IMG/VR virus record: IMGVR_UViG_3300022660_000063
Location: 64,001-90,008 of that record
Reading direction: 5' to 3' (one strand)
Source: a virus
Taxonomy: Duplodnaviria > Heunggongvirae > Uroviricota > Caudoviricetes
DNA: 26,008 nucleotides
Shown: one piece after another, positions 19,001 through 26,008 of the stretch
Layout: every line of letters begins with the position of its first letter
How positions within the stretch are numbered: the stretch's first letter is position 1
Made by a program: the position numbers and the translations under genes
The notes under the pieces: generated by a model
Told to the model about the DNA's origin: nothing
Database searches by the model: none
Seen by the model: only the letters and a program-made list of their open reading frames with translations

Positions 19001-19215
19001 AAGAGATAAAAAATTTACTAGATCCTCTATCAAAACAAAAGCAAAAAATATTAGATAAAAGCAGTTCTATTGAAAATAAACAAGAAAATAATGCTAAATT
19101 TAAAGAAAATAACCAATCTAATTCTAATGCGTTTAAACCAATAGATTTTGGATTTGGTTCAGCTACACCTTATAAGCCATCTGCATTAAGAGATGGGATT
19201 ATATTCTGAGGTTAA
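16030..19215 (+). CDS. terL: Terminase large subunit with an intein; TGA at 16219, 16258 and 19207 read as Trp
   Basis: SD AAGGAG precedes ATG 16030, and the frame is continuous with track ORF 16372..19209. Walker A GARGLGK/S is split by the intein; Walker B FAFFDEI; nuclease motifs IHLDMS, ITTDTFQS and KVDHP..GRKDVCDAVCG are present. Walker A lies upstream of the track's start, so readthrough is required. Ends TGA-GGT-TAA. Confidence 0.92.
16348..17433 (+). mobile_element. Class 3 intein (362 aa) with a LAGLIDADG homing endonuclease, inserted in the TerL Walker A motif
   Basis: Begins AQPLDSKV (Ala1) after GK and ends IVTHN before Ser+1. Block B is ECCKEHLW and block F is VECQCI. LAGLIDADG motifs are PYILGVILGDG and ELLQGLMDTDG. 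Confidence 0.92.
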
Positions 19216-19233
19216 AAGGAGATTTATAGATAG

Positions 19234-21108
19234 ATGCCTAATGAAATAGATTCAGCTGTAATAGATGATGAAGTTAATTATAATAAAAAGATAAGACCTA
19301 TTCCTAAACCTCAACAAAGTGATACTGATCTAGCAGAGCGAGGTATTGCTTCGGTAATAGCAGAGATAGGTGATAGTAGCAAAATAGATATATCTGCAAT
19401 CAATTCATTTGACCAAGCAAGTCAGACACGAGATCAGCTATACCAATTATTAGATACGATGGGTGATGATCCAACAGTTGCTGCTGTATTAGAAACATAT
19501 GCAGAAGATGCTACTGAATATAATGAAAATGGAGAAATTGTTTGGTCAGAATCTGATGATGCAAATGTAAATAAATATATTACTTATCTATTAAAAAGTT
19601 TAAAGGTAGATAAAAATATTTATAAATGGGTTTACTCATTGATTAAATATGGTGATATTTATTGGGAATTATTTAAAGAATCTGAATATAATAATGACGA
19701 GTTCTTCAATACAAATGCAAATAAAGAAACTGATGAAGATATTCAAAAGAGAAAATCTCTTAAAGAAGCTATAGATATAAATCTTTATAAAACAACTGAT
19801 CATTATGTACATTATATAGAAGCAGTTCCAAATCCCGCTACAACTTTTGAATTAACTAGATTTGGCAAAACAGCTGGCTTTATACAAACAGATATCGGAA
19901 CAATAGCAAAGAATAAAAATAATTTAATAACAACTTCTTATAGTTATAGATTCCAAAAAGATGATATAAATATTTATAATGGAGATAAATTTGTTCATGC
20001 CGCTCTCGAAGACAACACATCAAGAATACCTGAAAAAGTAAAATTATTTAGAGATGACAATGCTTTACAGAAAGATAATGGTACAGAGTACACCGTCAAA
20101 CGTGGTCAGTCCCTTTTATACAACGTATTTAAAATATGGCGTGAATTATCTTTATTAGAAAACTCAATGCTATTAAACAGAATAACTAAATCATCTATTA
20201 CAAGAGTGATCAATGTTGAAATTGGTGATATGCCAAAAGAAGATGTCAGAGGTTATTTAGCAGGTATAAAACAATTAATAGAACAAAAATCAGCAATTGA
20301 TGCTGGTAATTCAATGTCTGATTACACTAACCCAGGACCTATTGAAAATAATATTTATGTACCAACTCATAATGGCCAGGGTTCAATTACAGCAAACCAA
20401 ATAGGTGGAGATGTAAATGTAGGTCAATTACCTGATGTTGATTATTTTACTAATAAATATTATGGTGCATTAAGGGTACCTAAACAATATTTTGGGTTTA
20501 CTGATGATGGTGCAGGATTTAGTGGTGGTCAATCTTTAGCAATTATATCTTCAAGATATGCTAAAGCAATAAAGAGAATCCAAAACACTGTTATTCAAGG
20601 CATAACTGATGTTATTAATTTAATGTTAATAGATAAAGGCTTACAATCTTACTTAGGTAAGTTTACTATTAAAATGCAACCACCAACAACTCAAGAAGAA
20701 ATTGATAGAAGAGAAAATACTGTTGGAAGAATTGGTATCGTAAGAGATGTCATGGATCTTTTAACTGATGTAGATAATCCAGCAACAAAACTTAAAATAT
20801 TAAAAATACTTTTATCTAATGTTATATCAGATTCAGATATAACAAGCTTATTAGAAGAACAGATAGATGAATTAGAGCAACCAGGATTAAGTGAAACTTC
20901 TCAAGAGGAAGAAGATTTAGGATTAGGTAGTTCTAGTAACATAGGCAGTGATATTGGACTTGGAGAAAATGAACCATTAGACTTAGACACTGAATTAGGA
21001 TTAGAGACTGAAACTGAAATTTCTCCAGAAGAGGAAGAAGATATTTTACCAACACCTGAAGAAGCGGGTGAAGGCGAAGATTTTACAGATAATAATTTAG
21101 AATTTTAA
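19234..21108 (+). CDS. Portal protein (T4 gp20-like)
   Basis: RVINVEIGDMPKEDVRGYL and DVDYFTNKYYGALRVPKQYF match gp20-family motifs. Acidic C-terminal tail; lies directly after terL. Confidence 0.88.
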   Translation: MPNEIDSAVIDDEVNYNKKIRPIPKPQQSDTDLAERGIASVIAEIGDSSKIDISAINSFDQASQTRDQLYQLLDTMGDDPTVAAVLETYAEDATEYNENGEIVWSESDDANVNKYITYLLKSLKVDKNIYKWVYSLIKYGDIYWELFKESEYNNDEFFNTNANKETDEDIQKRKSLKEAIDINLYKTTDHYVHYIEAVPNPATTFELTRFGKTAGFIQTDIGTIAKNKNNLITTSYSYRFQKDDINIYNGDKFVHAALEDNTSRIPEKVKLFRDDNALQKDNGTEYTVKRGQSLLYNVFKIWRELSLLENSMLLNRITKSSITRVINVEIGDMPKEDVRGYLAGIKQLIEQKSAIDAGNSMSDYTNPGPIENNIYVPTHNGQGSITANQIGGDVNVGQLPDVDYFTNKYYGALRVPKQYFGFTDDGAGFSGGQSLAIISSRYAKAIKRIQNTVIQGITDVINLMLIDKGLQSYLGKFTIKMQPPTTQEEIDRRENTVGRIGIVRDVMDLLTDVDNPATKLKILKILLSNVISDSDITSLLEEQIDELEQPGLSETSQEEEDLGLGSSSNIGSDIGLGENEPLDLDTELGLETETEISPEEEEDILPTPEEAGEGEDFTDNNLEF

Positions 21109-21143
21109 TAAACTAGCCAATTATATTGGAAGGAGATAATACA

Positions 21144-21596
21144 ATGATAACTAAAAATGATTGTTTAATTTTATTAGCAGATATTGAAGAAAAAGGAATA
21201 GATACTACTGAAGCAACTAAAGAACTAATTTCATCTCTTAATTTACCTTTATCTGTTATTAAATTTATAAATGATAATAGGCAATTAGATGTTGCTGCAT
21301 TTTATGAAAGACTAAGAAAAAATTACAATAATAAAAAATCTAATCTTTATAAAAATATAGTTAAAGAAATAGAGGATACAAATGAAGTTTTAACTACTCT
21401 TTCATCAATGTTAACTCAAATATTATTATACGCAAGACAAGTTGAAGATAAACAAATGTTTTTAAAACATGCTAGAAGTTCTGAAATAACAGCTGTGTTA
21501 AATAATTATTTCAAAACTTATGATTTAACCAATTGTTTACGACTATTAAGAATTATAAAAGTAGATTTAAAAGCATTAGAAAGTATAAAGGAATAG
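21144..21596 (+). CDS. Hypothetical helical protein in the head module
   Basis: SD GGAAGGAG precedes ATG 21144 (MITKNDCLILL), which is preferred over the track's TTG 21126. Ends in TAG. Confidence 0.7.
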   Translation: MITKNDCLILLADIEEKGIDTTEATKELISSLNLPLSVIKFINDNRQLDVAAFYERLRKNYNNKKSNLYKNIVKEIEDTNEVLTTLSSMLTQILLYARQVEDKQMFLKHARSSEITAVLNNYFKTYDLTNCLRLLRIIKVDLKALESIKE

Positions 21597-21607
21597 GAGA
21601 GAGAAAA

Positions 21608-21775
21608 ATGAATACAGAAATGAAAATTGCAAAAAAATTAGAGAAGAAATTAGCTAAACAAGCAAAAAAAGAAGAAAAGAAAATTAAAAGAGCTAAAGTA
21701 GAAGTTACTGAAATTAAAGAAGAAACAGCTAAAGAAATAAAAGTAAATATTAATAATAAATTATCAAGTTTTTAA
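21608..21775 (+). CDS. Small Lys/Glu-rich 55-aa protein
   Basis: SD TAGGAG precedes ATG 21608 (MNTEMKIAKKLEKKL...), in frame with track ORF 21533..21775. Confidence 0.55.
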   Translation: MNTEMKIAKKLEKKLAKQAKKEEKKIKRAKVEVTEIKEETAKEIKVNINNKLSSF

Positions 21776-21784
21776 TTATAATAC

Positions 21785-21837
21785 TGTTAAATTTATTATT
21801 TAAAATAAAATACAATTATTTTATGCTAAATTTATTA
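21785..21837 (+). promoter_or_regulatory. Tandem putative promoter motifs upstream of the protease-capsid operon
   Basis: TGTTAAATTTATTA (21785-21798) and TGCTAAATTTATTA (21824-21837) lie in a 95-nt intergenic gap. Confidence 0.6.
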
Positions 21838-21870
21838 GAAAACTAAAATAATTACAGGAAATTTATCAGA

Positions 21871-23358
21871 ATGGTTAAGAAAGAAGAATTAAAGTTAGAC
21901 GATAGTGTAAAACAAAATTCAAAAGGTGAAGCTATCCTAGGAAGATTATATGGCACTGTTGCTGATGTTGTTAATCCAACTCGTAATGGTAGAAAATATG
22001 ATGATGCTCTTTGGGAAAAAGTTTTCAATGATCCAATAGTTAATGAATATTTTGAATGCGGTGGGTTGCTTGGCGAATTAAATCACCCTTCTGATAGAGA
22101 AGAAACAGATCTATCGCAAGTTGCAGTTTGTATGCCTGAAAAACCAAAAAAGAATAAAGATGGTCAATTGGAAGCTTATTTAGATATTCTTGATACACCT
22201 AATGGAAGAATAGTTGCTACATTAGCAAAATATGGATATAAATTAGGTATTAGTTCTAGAGGCTCTGGCGAAACTTATGAAGCAATGGATGGTGAACATG
22301 TCGATGAAGATACTTATAAATTAGAGGCATGGGATATTGTTTTATTACCTGCAGTTAAATCAGCAAGACTTAAAATGGTTGAATCAGTACAAAATGGTAA
22401 ATCATTAAAACAAGCTTTATGTGAACAATTAGATAGAGCAACAGAAGATGAAAGAGTTGTAATGAAAGAAACTCTCGATAAATTAAATATTGAATATACA
22501 CCTGAAAAGGTTATAGATAAATCAGAATTAGCAGCCAAAGATACTGGAGCTAGTATGGTTAAAGACTTGCAAGAGTCTCTTCTTGCACAAAGAAAACTTG
22601 AAGCTCACATGACTGGACTCCAAGAAAAGCTATCAGTTTGCTATGCGAAAGAAGCCAAGTATGAAGAGGAAATAGTAAAACTTAAAAATGCTGTCAGAAA
22701 TTTGAGTGAAAGTGTGACTAATGCGAAAGCATTACAAGGGAAAGTTGAGAAACTTACCGAAGAATTAAATCAAAAAGATTTAATAATTAAACAAGAACAA
22801 GATAAATATCAAAAACTTGTTGAAAAACGTAGAATTGATATAAATCGACAATCTAGTTTAAATGAATCAATTTCATCTCAAGCAAATAAATTAAAAGAAA
22901 AAGAAACTATGATAAGAGACTTGAATGAAGAATTTAAATCCTTTAAACAAGAATCAATAGAAAGAGAAAATTCTTTAAATGAAAGCTTAGAAGAAGTTAA
23001 GAAAAATCTTACTATTAAAACAAATGAATATAATTCAAAATTAGCTAATGCCAATAAATTAGTTGAGCAATATAGAAAAACTGCTAAAACTGCAGTGAAT
23101 AAATATATTGAATCTCAAGCTTTAAGATTAGGTATAAATGCTAATGAAATTAAAAACAAACTTTCAGAAAATTATTCGTTTAGTGATATAGATGAAATAT
23201 GTGAAAGTTTAAGTAATTTTAATTTAACAGTAAGTAGTTTACCTTTAGACTTACAAAAAGGAAGAATAAAAATACAAGAAAGTAAAGAGCCTTTATTAAA
23301 AACTAATCCAAACGATATAGTAGATGATAGTTTATTAAGACTCGCAAATTTAAAATAA
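21871..23358 (+). CDS. Prohead core protease (T4 gp21-like) fused to a coiled-coil scaffold region
   Basis: NPTRNGRKYD, LLGELNHP, LGISSRGSG and WDIVLLPA are gp21-type motifs. About 300 aa of heptad-rich sequence follows. Confidence 0.88.
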   Translation: MVKKEELKLDDSVKQNSKGEAILGRLYGTVADVVNPTRNGRKYDDALWEKVFNDPIVNEYFECGGLLGELNHPSDREETDLSQVAVCMPEKPKKNKDGQLEAYLDILDTPNGRIVATLAKYGYKLGISSRGSGETYEAMDGEHVDEDTYKLEAWDIVLLPAVKSARLKMVESVQNGKSLKQALCEQLDRATEDERVVMKETLDKLNIEYTPEKVIDKSELAAKDTGASMVKDLQESLLAQRKLEAHMTGLQEKLSVCYAKEAKYEEEIVKLKNAVRNLSESVTNAKALQGKVEKLTEELNQKDLIIKQEQDKYQKLVEKRRIDINRQSSLNESISSQANKLKEKETMIRDLNEEFKSFKQESIERENSLNESLEEVKKNLTIKTNEYNSKLANANKLVEQYRKTAKTAVNKYIESQALRLGINANEIKNKLSENYSFSDIDEICESLSNFNLTVSSLPLDLQKGRIKIQESKEPLLKTNPNDIVDDSLLRLANLK

Positions 23359-23377
23359 TAAATAGGAGAAAATTAAA

Positions 23378-24685
23378 ATGGCAACATTATTAGAAGCTTA
23401 TTCTAAAAGACTTGCAATTTCAGAAAGTGTTTATAGCAAATCACACAGTGAAGCTATGCCTCAACATAAAAAATTAGTTATTGCAAAATGTTTAGAAAAC
23501 ACATCAAAATTCATGAACGAAGCTTTTGAAAACTCAGTAGGTACTCAAAGAGCTAACTTAGGAGATTTCAAGAAATTTACATTAAACTTAGTTACAGTAG
23601 CATTACCAGATTTAATCGCATTTGATTTAGTTATGGTACAACCAATGTCAAGTATGACTGGATATATCACTTATGTTCAATACACAGCTGGTTCAAATAA
23701 AGGTGAAACAACTCAAGGTGAAGTATTCAACGATCCATTCAGACTTGGTAAAGTAGATGTTAATTATACATCAGAAAGAGTAGTTGAAACAGTTAAAGTA
23801 GATGCACAAGGAAAAGCAACATTAGCTTGGTTCCCAGTTGTTAATACAGAAACAGTTAAACCAGAAGTAGTTGGTGCAGCAGGTGTTACAATCACAGTTG
23901 ACGATGCTAAAACAGGTGCTGTTACATTAGCAGGTGATGGAGTTCAACAAGATGCAGAATTCAAAGTTAGATATGTTTATGATAACGTTGTAATCCCACA
24001 AAACGATTTACCAATTTTAAATGCTAGAATGGAAAGCATCGCTTTAGCAGCTAAAGCAAGAAGAATTGCTATTTACTACTCACAAATCGCTAACTACCAA
24101 GCAAAACAAGATTATGGTTTCGATCTTGGTGATCAATTAGCTCAAAAAGCTGTTGGACAATTAAATTATGAAATCGATACAGAAGTTACAGACTTATTAA
24201 TCAACAATGCAGATGCAGATGGTGATTTAGTATGGTCTAAAACATTACCAATTGGCGTAAGCAAAATGGAACACTATGAAGGATTTACTGAAATAGTTGC
24301 AATTGCTAAACAAAAAATCTATGATAGAACAAAAAGATTTGCACCTAACTATATGTTAGTAGCTTCAAACATCTTACCTATCTTATCTATGGTTAAAGCA
24401 TTCTCAGCAGCACCAGCATCAACAGTTAATGGTCCTTACTTTGCTGGTACATTAGATGGATTAAAAGTATATGTTACTCCAAACATCGAACCAGGTAAAT
24501 TTGTTCTTGGTGTTAATGGTTCAGATTTAGAAACATCAGCAGCAGTTTATGCTCCATATATGCCAGTTATCCCAACTCAATTATTAGGATATGCTGATGG
24601 TGGTATGAGCCAAGGCTTCTCTACAATGTATGACTTAAGACTTCTTAACAAAGATCTATTAGTTTCAGGTAGAGTTACTGCCTAA
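23378..24685 (+). CDS. Major capsid protein (T4 gp23-like)
   Basis: VQPMSSMTGYITY, IALAAKARRIAIYYS...LNYEIDTEV and YAPYMP motifs. Strong codon bias (TTC, AAC, GCA) consistent with high expression. Confidence 0.92.
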   Translation: MATLLEAYSKRLAISESVYSKSHSEAMPQHKKLVIAKCLENTSKFMNEAFENSVGTQRANLGDFKKFTLNLVTVALPDLIAFDLVMVQPMSSMTGYITYVQYTAGSNKGETTQGEVFNDPFRLGKVDVNYTSERVVETVKVDAQGKATLAWFPVVNTETVKPEVVGAAGVTITVDDAKTGAVTLAGDGVQQDAEFKVRYVYDNVVIPQNDLPILNARMESIALAAKARRIAIYYSQIANYQAKQDYGFDLGDQLAQKAVGQLNYEIDTEVTDLLINNADADGDLVWSKTLPIGVSKMEHYEGFTEIVAIAKQKIYDRTKRFAPNYMLVASNILPILSMVKAFSAAPASTVNGPYFAGTLDGLKVYVTPNIEPGKFVLGVNGSDLETSAAVYAPYMPVIPTQLLGYADGGMSQGFSTMYDLRLLNKDLLVSGRVTA

Positions 24686-24709
24686 TTACTGTATATAAAT
24701 ATAAGATAA

Positions 24710-24737
24710 GATTAGCTAGTTTAAAAACTAGCTAATC
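24710..24737 (+). repeat. Perfect 13-bp inverted repeat after the capsid gene
   Basis: GATTAGCTAGTTT-AA-AAACTAGCTAATC. It is followed by A residues rather than a U tract. Confidence 0.8.
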
Positions 24738-24772
24738 AAAAACTTATATAAAATTAAGGAGAGAAAGAGAGA

Positions 24773-25210
24773 ATGGAAATGATAGTTACAGCTCCAGCAA
24801 TTATAAGAATTGCTAACACTTCAGAATTTGCTAAAACATTTCAAGCTTATAAAGAAAACTTTACAACTAAATTAGCAGCTGGTCAAGCATTAGAATTTGA
24901 AGTTAAAACATCAGGTCAAGTATTATATTATTTAAATCAAGCTACAACAGGCTTAGAAGTTACAGTAGTAGAAACTTACACAGAAGATGATACAACTATT
25001 AAATTAAATACTCCAGCATTAATTACATTAAATAACACTTCAGCAAAAATAATTGGATTTATTCCTTATAGAGAAAATTTCCAATATGATATAGCAGCTG
25101 GGGATGAAGTTCAATTAACAGCTACAAATGTTGGTCAAGTATTATATTACTTAGCACAAGCAACTGAAGGTTTAGAAGTTACTCAAGAAGAAATAGTAGT
25201 AACTCCATAA
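24773..25210 (+). CDS. Putative head decoration protein built from two tandem ~65-aa domains
   Basis: Internal repeat (APAIIRIANTS...YKENF...AAG...GQVLYYLNQATTGLEVT vs TPALITLNNTS...YRENF...AAG...GQVLYYLAQATEGLEVT). Lies directly after the MCP and has MCP-like codon bias. Confidence 0.55.
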   Translation: MEMIVTAPAIIRIANTSEFAKTFQAYKENFTTKLAAGQALEFEVKTSGQVLYYLNQATTGLEVTVVETYTEDDTTIKLNTPALITLNNTSAKIIGFIPYRENFQYDIAAGDEVQLTATNVGQVLYYLAQATEGLEVTQEEIVVTP

Positions 25211-25235
25211 ATTTTAAAAAATAAAAAATAAAGTG

Positions 25236-25277
25236 AGGCTGGTTGATTTACCTCCAATCAGCCAGTCTTATCTTTTT
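25236..25277 (+). terminator. Intrinsic terminator of the capsid operon
   Basis: 13-bp stem 25236-25248/25256-25268 (two G-U pairs), loop TACCTCC, then TATCTTTTT. Confidence 0.75.
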
Positions 25278-25339
25278 GAAGATATAGTTTAAGGTAAAAC
25301 ACAATGATTGAGATATTGGTTCAAATCCAATTATCTTGA
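25278..25339 (+). ncRNA. tRNA-like element lacking the anticodon loop (62 nt)
   Basis: Acceptor GAAGATA/TATCTTG (6 bp plus a G:G mismatch at 1:72), T8A9, D-arm GTTT-AAGGTA-AAAC, a 9-nt stub CAATGATTG, variable region AGAT, T-arm ATTGG-TTCAAAT-CCAAT, discriminator A. No encoded CCA. Confidence 0.7.
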
Positions 25340-25367
25340 AATAATATAAGGAGGTTTTAATCATTTA

Positions 25368-26008
25368 ATGGATATGCAAGGTTATGTAGATAACTTAAAA
25401 TTTCAATTATCTGGTGGACTTTTAGATTTAGAATTAGATGATGAAGCCTTAAAACAATTAATAAATATTTCTTTAAGAGAAATTCAAAGATATATAAATA
25501 CCACTAAATTAGCAACTATCCCTTATCATAGATGTATTGATTTATCTGACCAGAAGGTAAGTTCAGTCTATAGAGTATATAGGACTAAAGGATATGGTAG
25601 TGCTGCACAAACATCTGGCGGTCAAGACCCAATGTACATGGCTCAATGGCAGATGTTAAGTGGAGCAGGAAATGGGTATTATAGTCCAGATTTTGCTTAT
25701 AATTTTGCAGCTTGGAATACAGCAATGCAAATTAGAAATACAATCTCAACTGATTTAGATTTTCATTATGATAAATCAAAAAACTTTTTATATATCAACT
25801 GTGCTTTTGATAATCCAGAGCAAATAACAATAGAATATGTACCTAGATATGATGATGTAAATGAAATTGTATCTGATTATTGGATTGATAAATTATGTAG
25901 ACTATCAGTTGCTCAAGGAAAGATTGCATTAGGTAGAATTAGAACAAGATATACTCAATCAAATGCATTATGGACTATGGATGGTGAGCAGATGTTAGAA
26001 GAAGGTAA
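25368..26008 (+). CDS. Neck/head-tail adaptor protein (T4 gp13-like), 3'-truncated (not in ORF track)
   Basis: SD AAGGAGG precedes ATG 25368 and the frame is open to the window end. MDMQGYVDNLKFQLSGGLLDLELDD...KIALGRIRTRY...LWTMDGEQMLEEG resembles gp13-type neck proteins; position after the head genes fits. Confidence 0.7.
   Translation, partial: MDMQGYVDNLKFQLSGGLLDLELDDEALKQLINISLREIQRYINTTKLATIPYHRCIDLSDQKVSSVYRVYRTKGYGSAAQTSGGQDPMYMAQWQMLSGAGNGYYSPDFAYNFAAWNTAMQIRNTISTDLDFHYDKSKNFLYINCAFDNPEQITIEYVPRYDDVNEIVSDYWIDKLCRLSVAQGKIALGRIRTRYTQSNALWTMDGEQMLEEG

Noticed and set aside
13058-19209. In-frame TGAs as nonsense mutations (pseudogenes), or as Gly (table 25) or selenocysteine
   Set aside because: All ten interruptions are TGA, including within the essential terminase, with no TAA/TAG breaks. 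The contexts fit Trp. No Cys-like catalytic positions or SECIS-like hairpins were noticed. Homologue alignment is still needed for final proof.
21117-21129. Mini-hairpin CCAAT-TAT-ATTGG next to the SD of 21144
   Set aside because: Only 5 bp with a 3-nt loop; too weak to distinguish from chance.
21126-21607. Track starts TTG 21126 and ATG 21533
   Set aside because: Good SD sequences support ATG 21144 and ATG 21608 instead.
2533-22538. Short minus-strand ORFs in the track (2533, 3523, 3802, 12748, 16203, 16402, 16670, 22314) and the alternate-frame ORF 15313..15501
   Set aside because: All lie within or opposite well-supported + strand genes (12748..12948 also spans a terminator and promoter gap), lack SD sites and motifs, and look like shadow ORFs.
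24694-24701. T4-type late promoter TATAAATA
   Set aside because: This all-AT octamer is expected by chance here and also occurs inside coding regions; it shows no consistent placement before operons.
1-26008. CRISPR array, rRNA, complete tRNA, integrase, transposase, reverse transcriptase
   Set aside because: No regularly spaced direct repeats or diagnostic motifs were seen. The only nucleotide repeats are within LRR and decoration coding sequence, and the only tRNA-like sequence lacks an anticodon loop.

Overview
This is a very AT-rich (roughly one quarter G+C by eye) segment of a large tailed-phage genome with a T4-like head module. Every credible gene is on the + strand. In order: small membrane and metallopeptidase genes; an ~10 kb array of paralogous tail/receptor-binding genes (BppU-like, two BspA/LRR_5 proteins, two DUF6273-like proteins); a multi-TM protein and an LL-H-type holin; a DedA/VTT membrane protein; two probable head-packaged proteins; a large terminase carrying a class 3 LAGLIDADG intein; portal; prohead protease fused to a scaffold; gp23-like major capsid protein; a putative decoration protein; and a partial gp13-like neck protein. 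The supplied ORF track misreads 12.9-19.2 kb because TGA is a sense codon (Trp) there. Reading TGA as Trp joins the fragments into three intact genes, and no gene then ends in TGA. All 10 in-frame TGA codons fall in one 6.2 kb block, while the flanking tail, lysis and capsid genes use only TGG (about 53 by manual count). Other highlights are a tRNA-shaped element with no anticodon loop directly after a terminator, a one-base frameshift in one LRR paralogue, a host-Prp-type cleavage motif, and a recurring TGYTAAATT promoter-like motif. Family assignments come from motif recognition only; no database searches were run.
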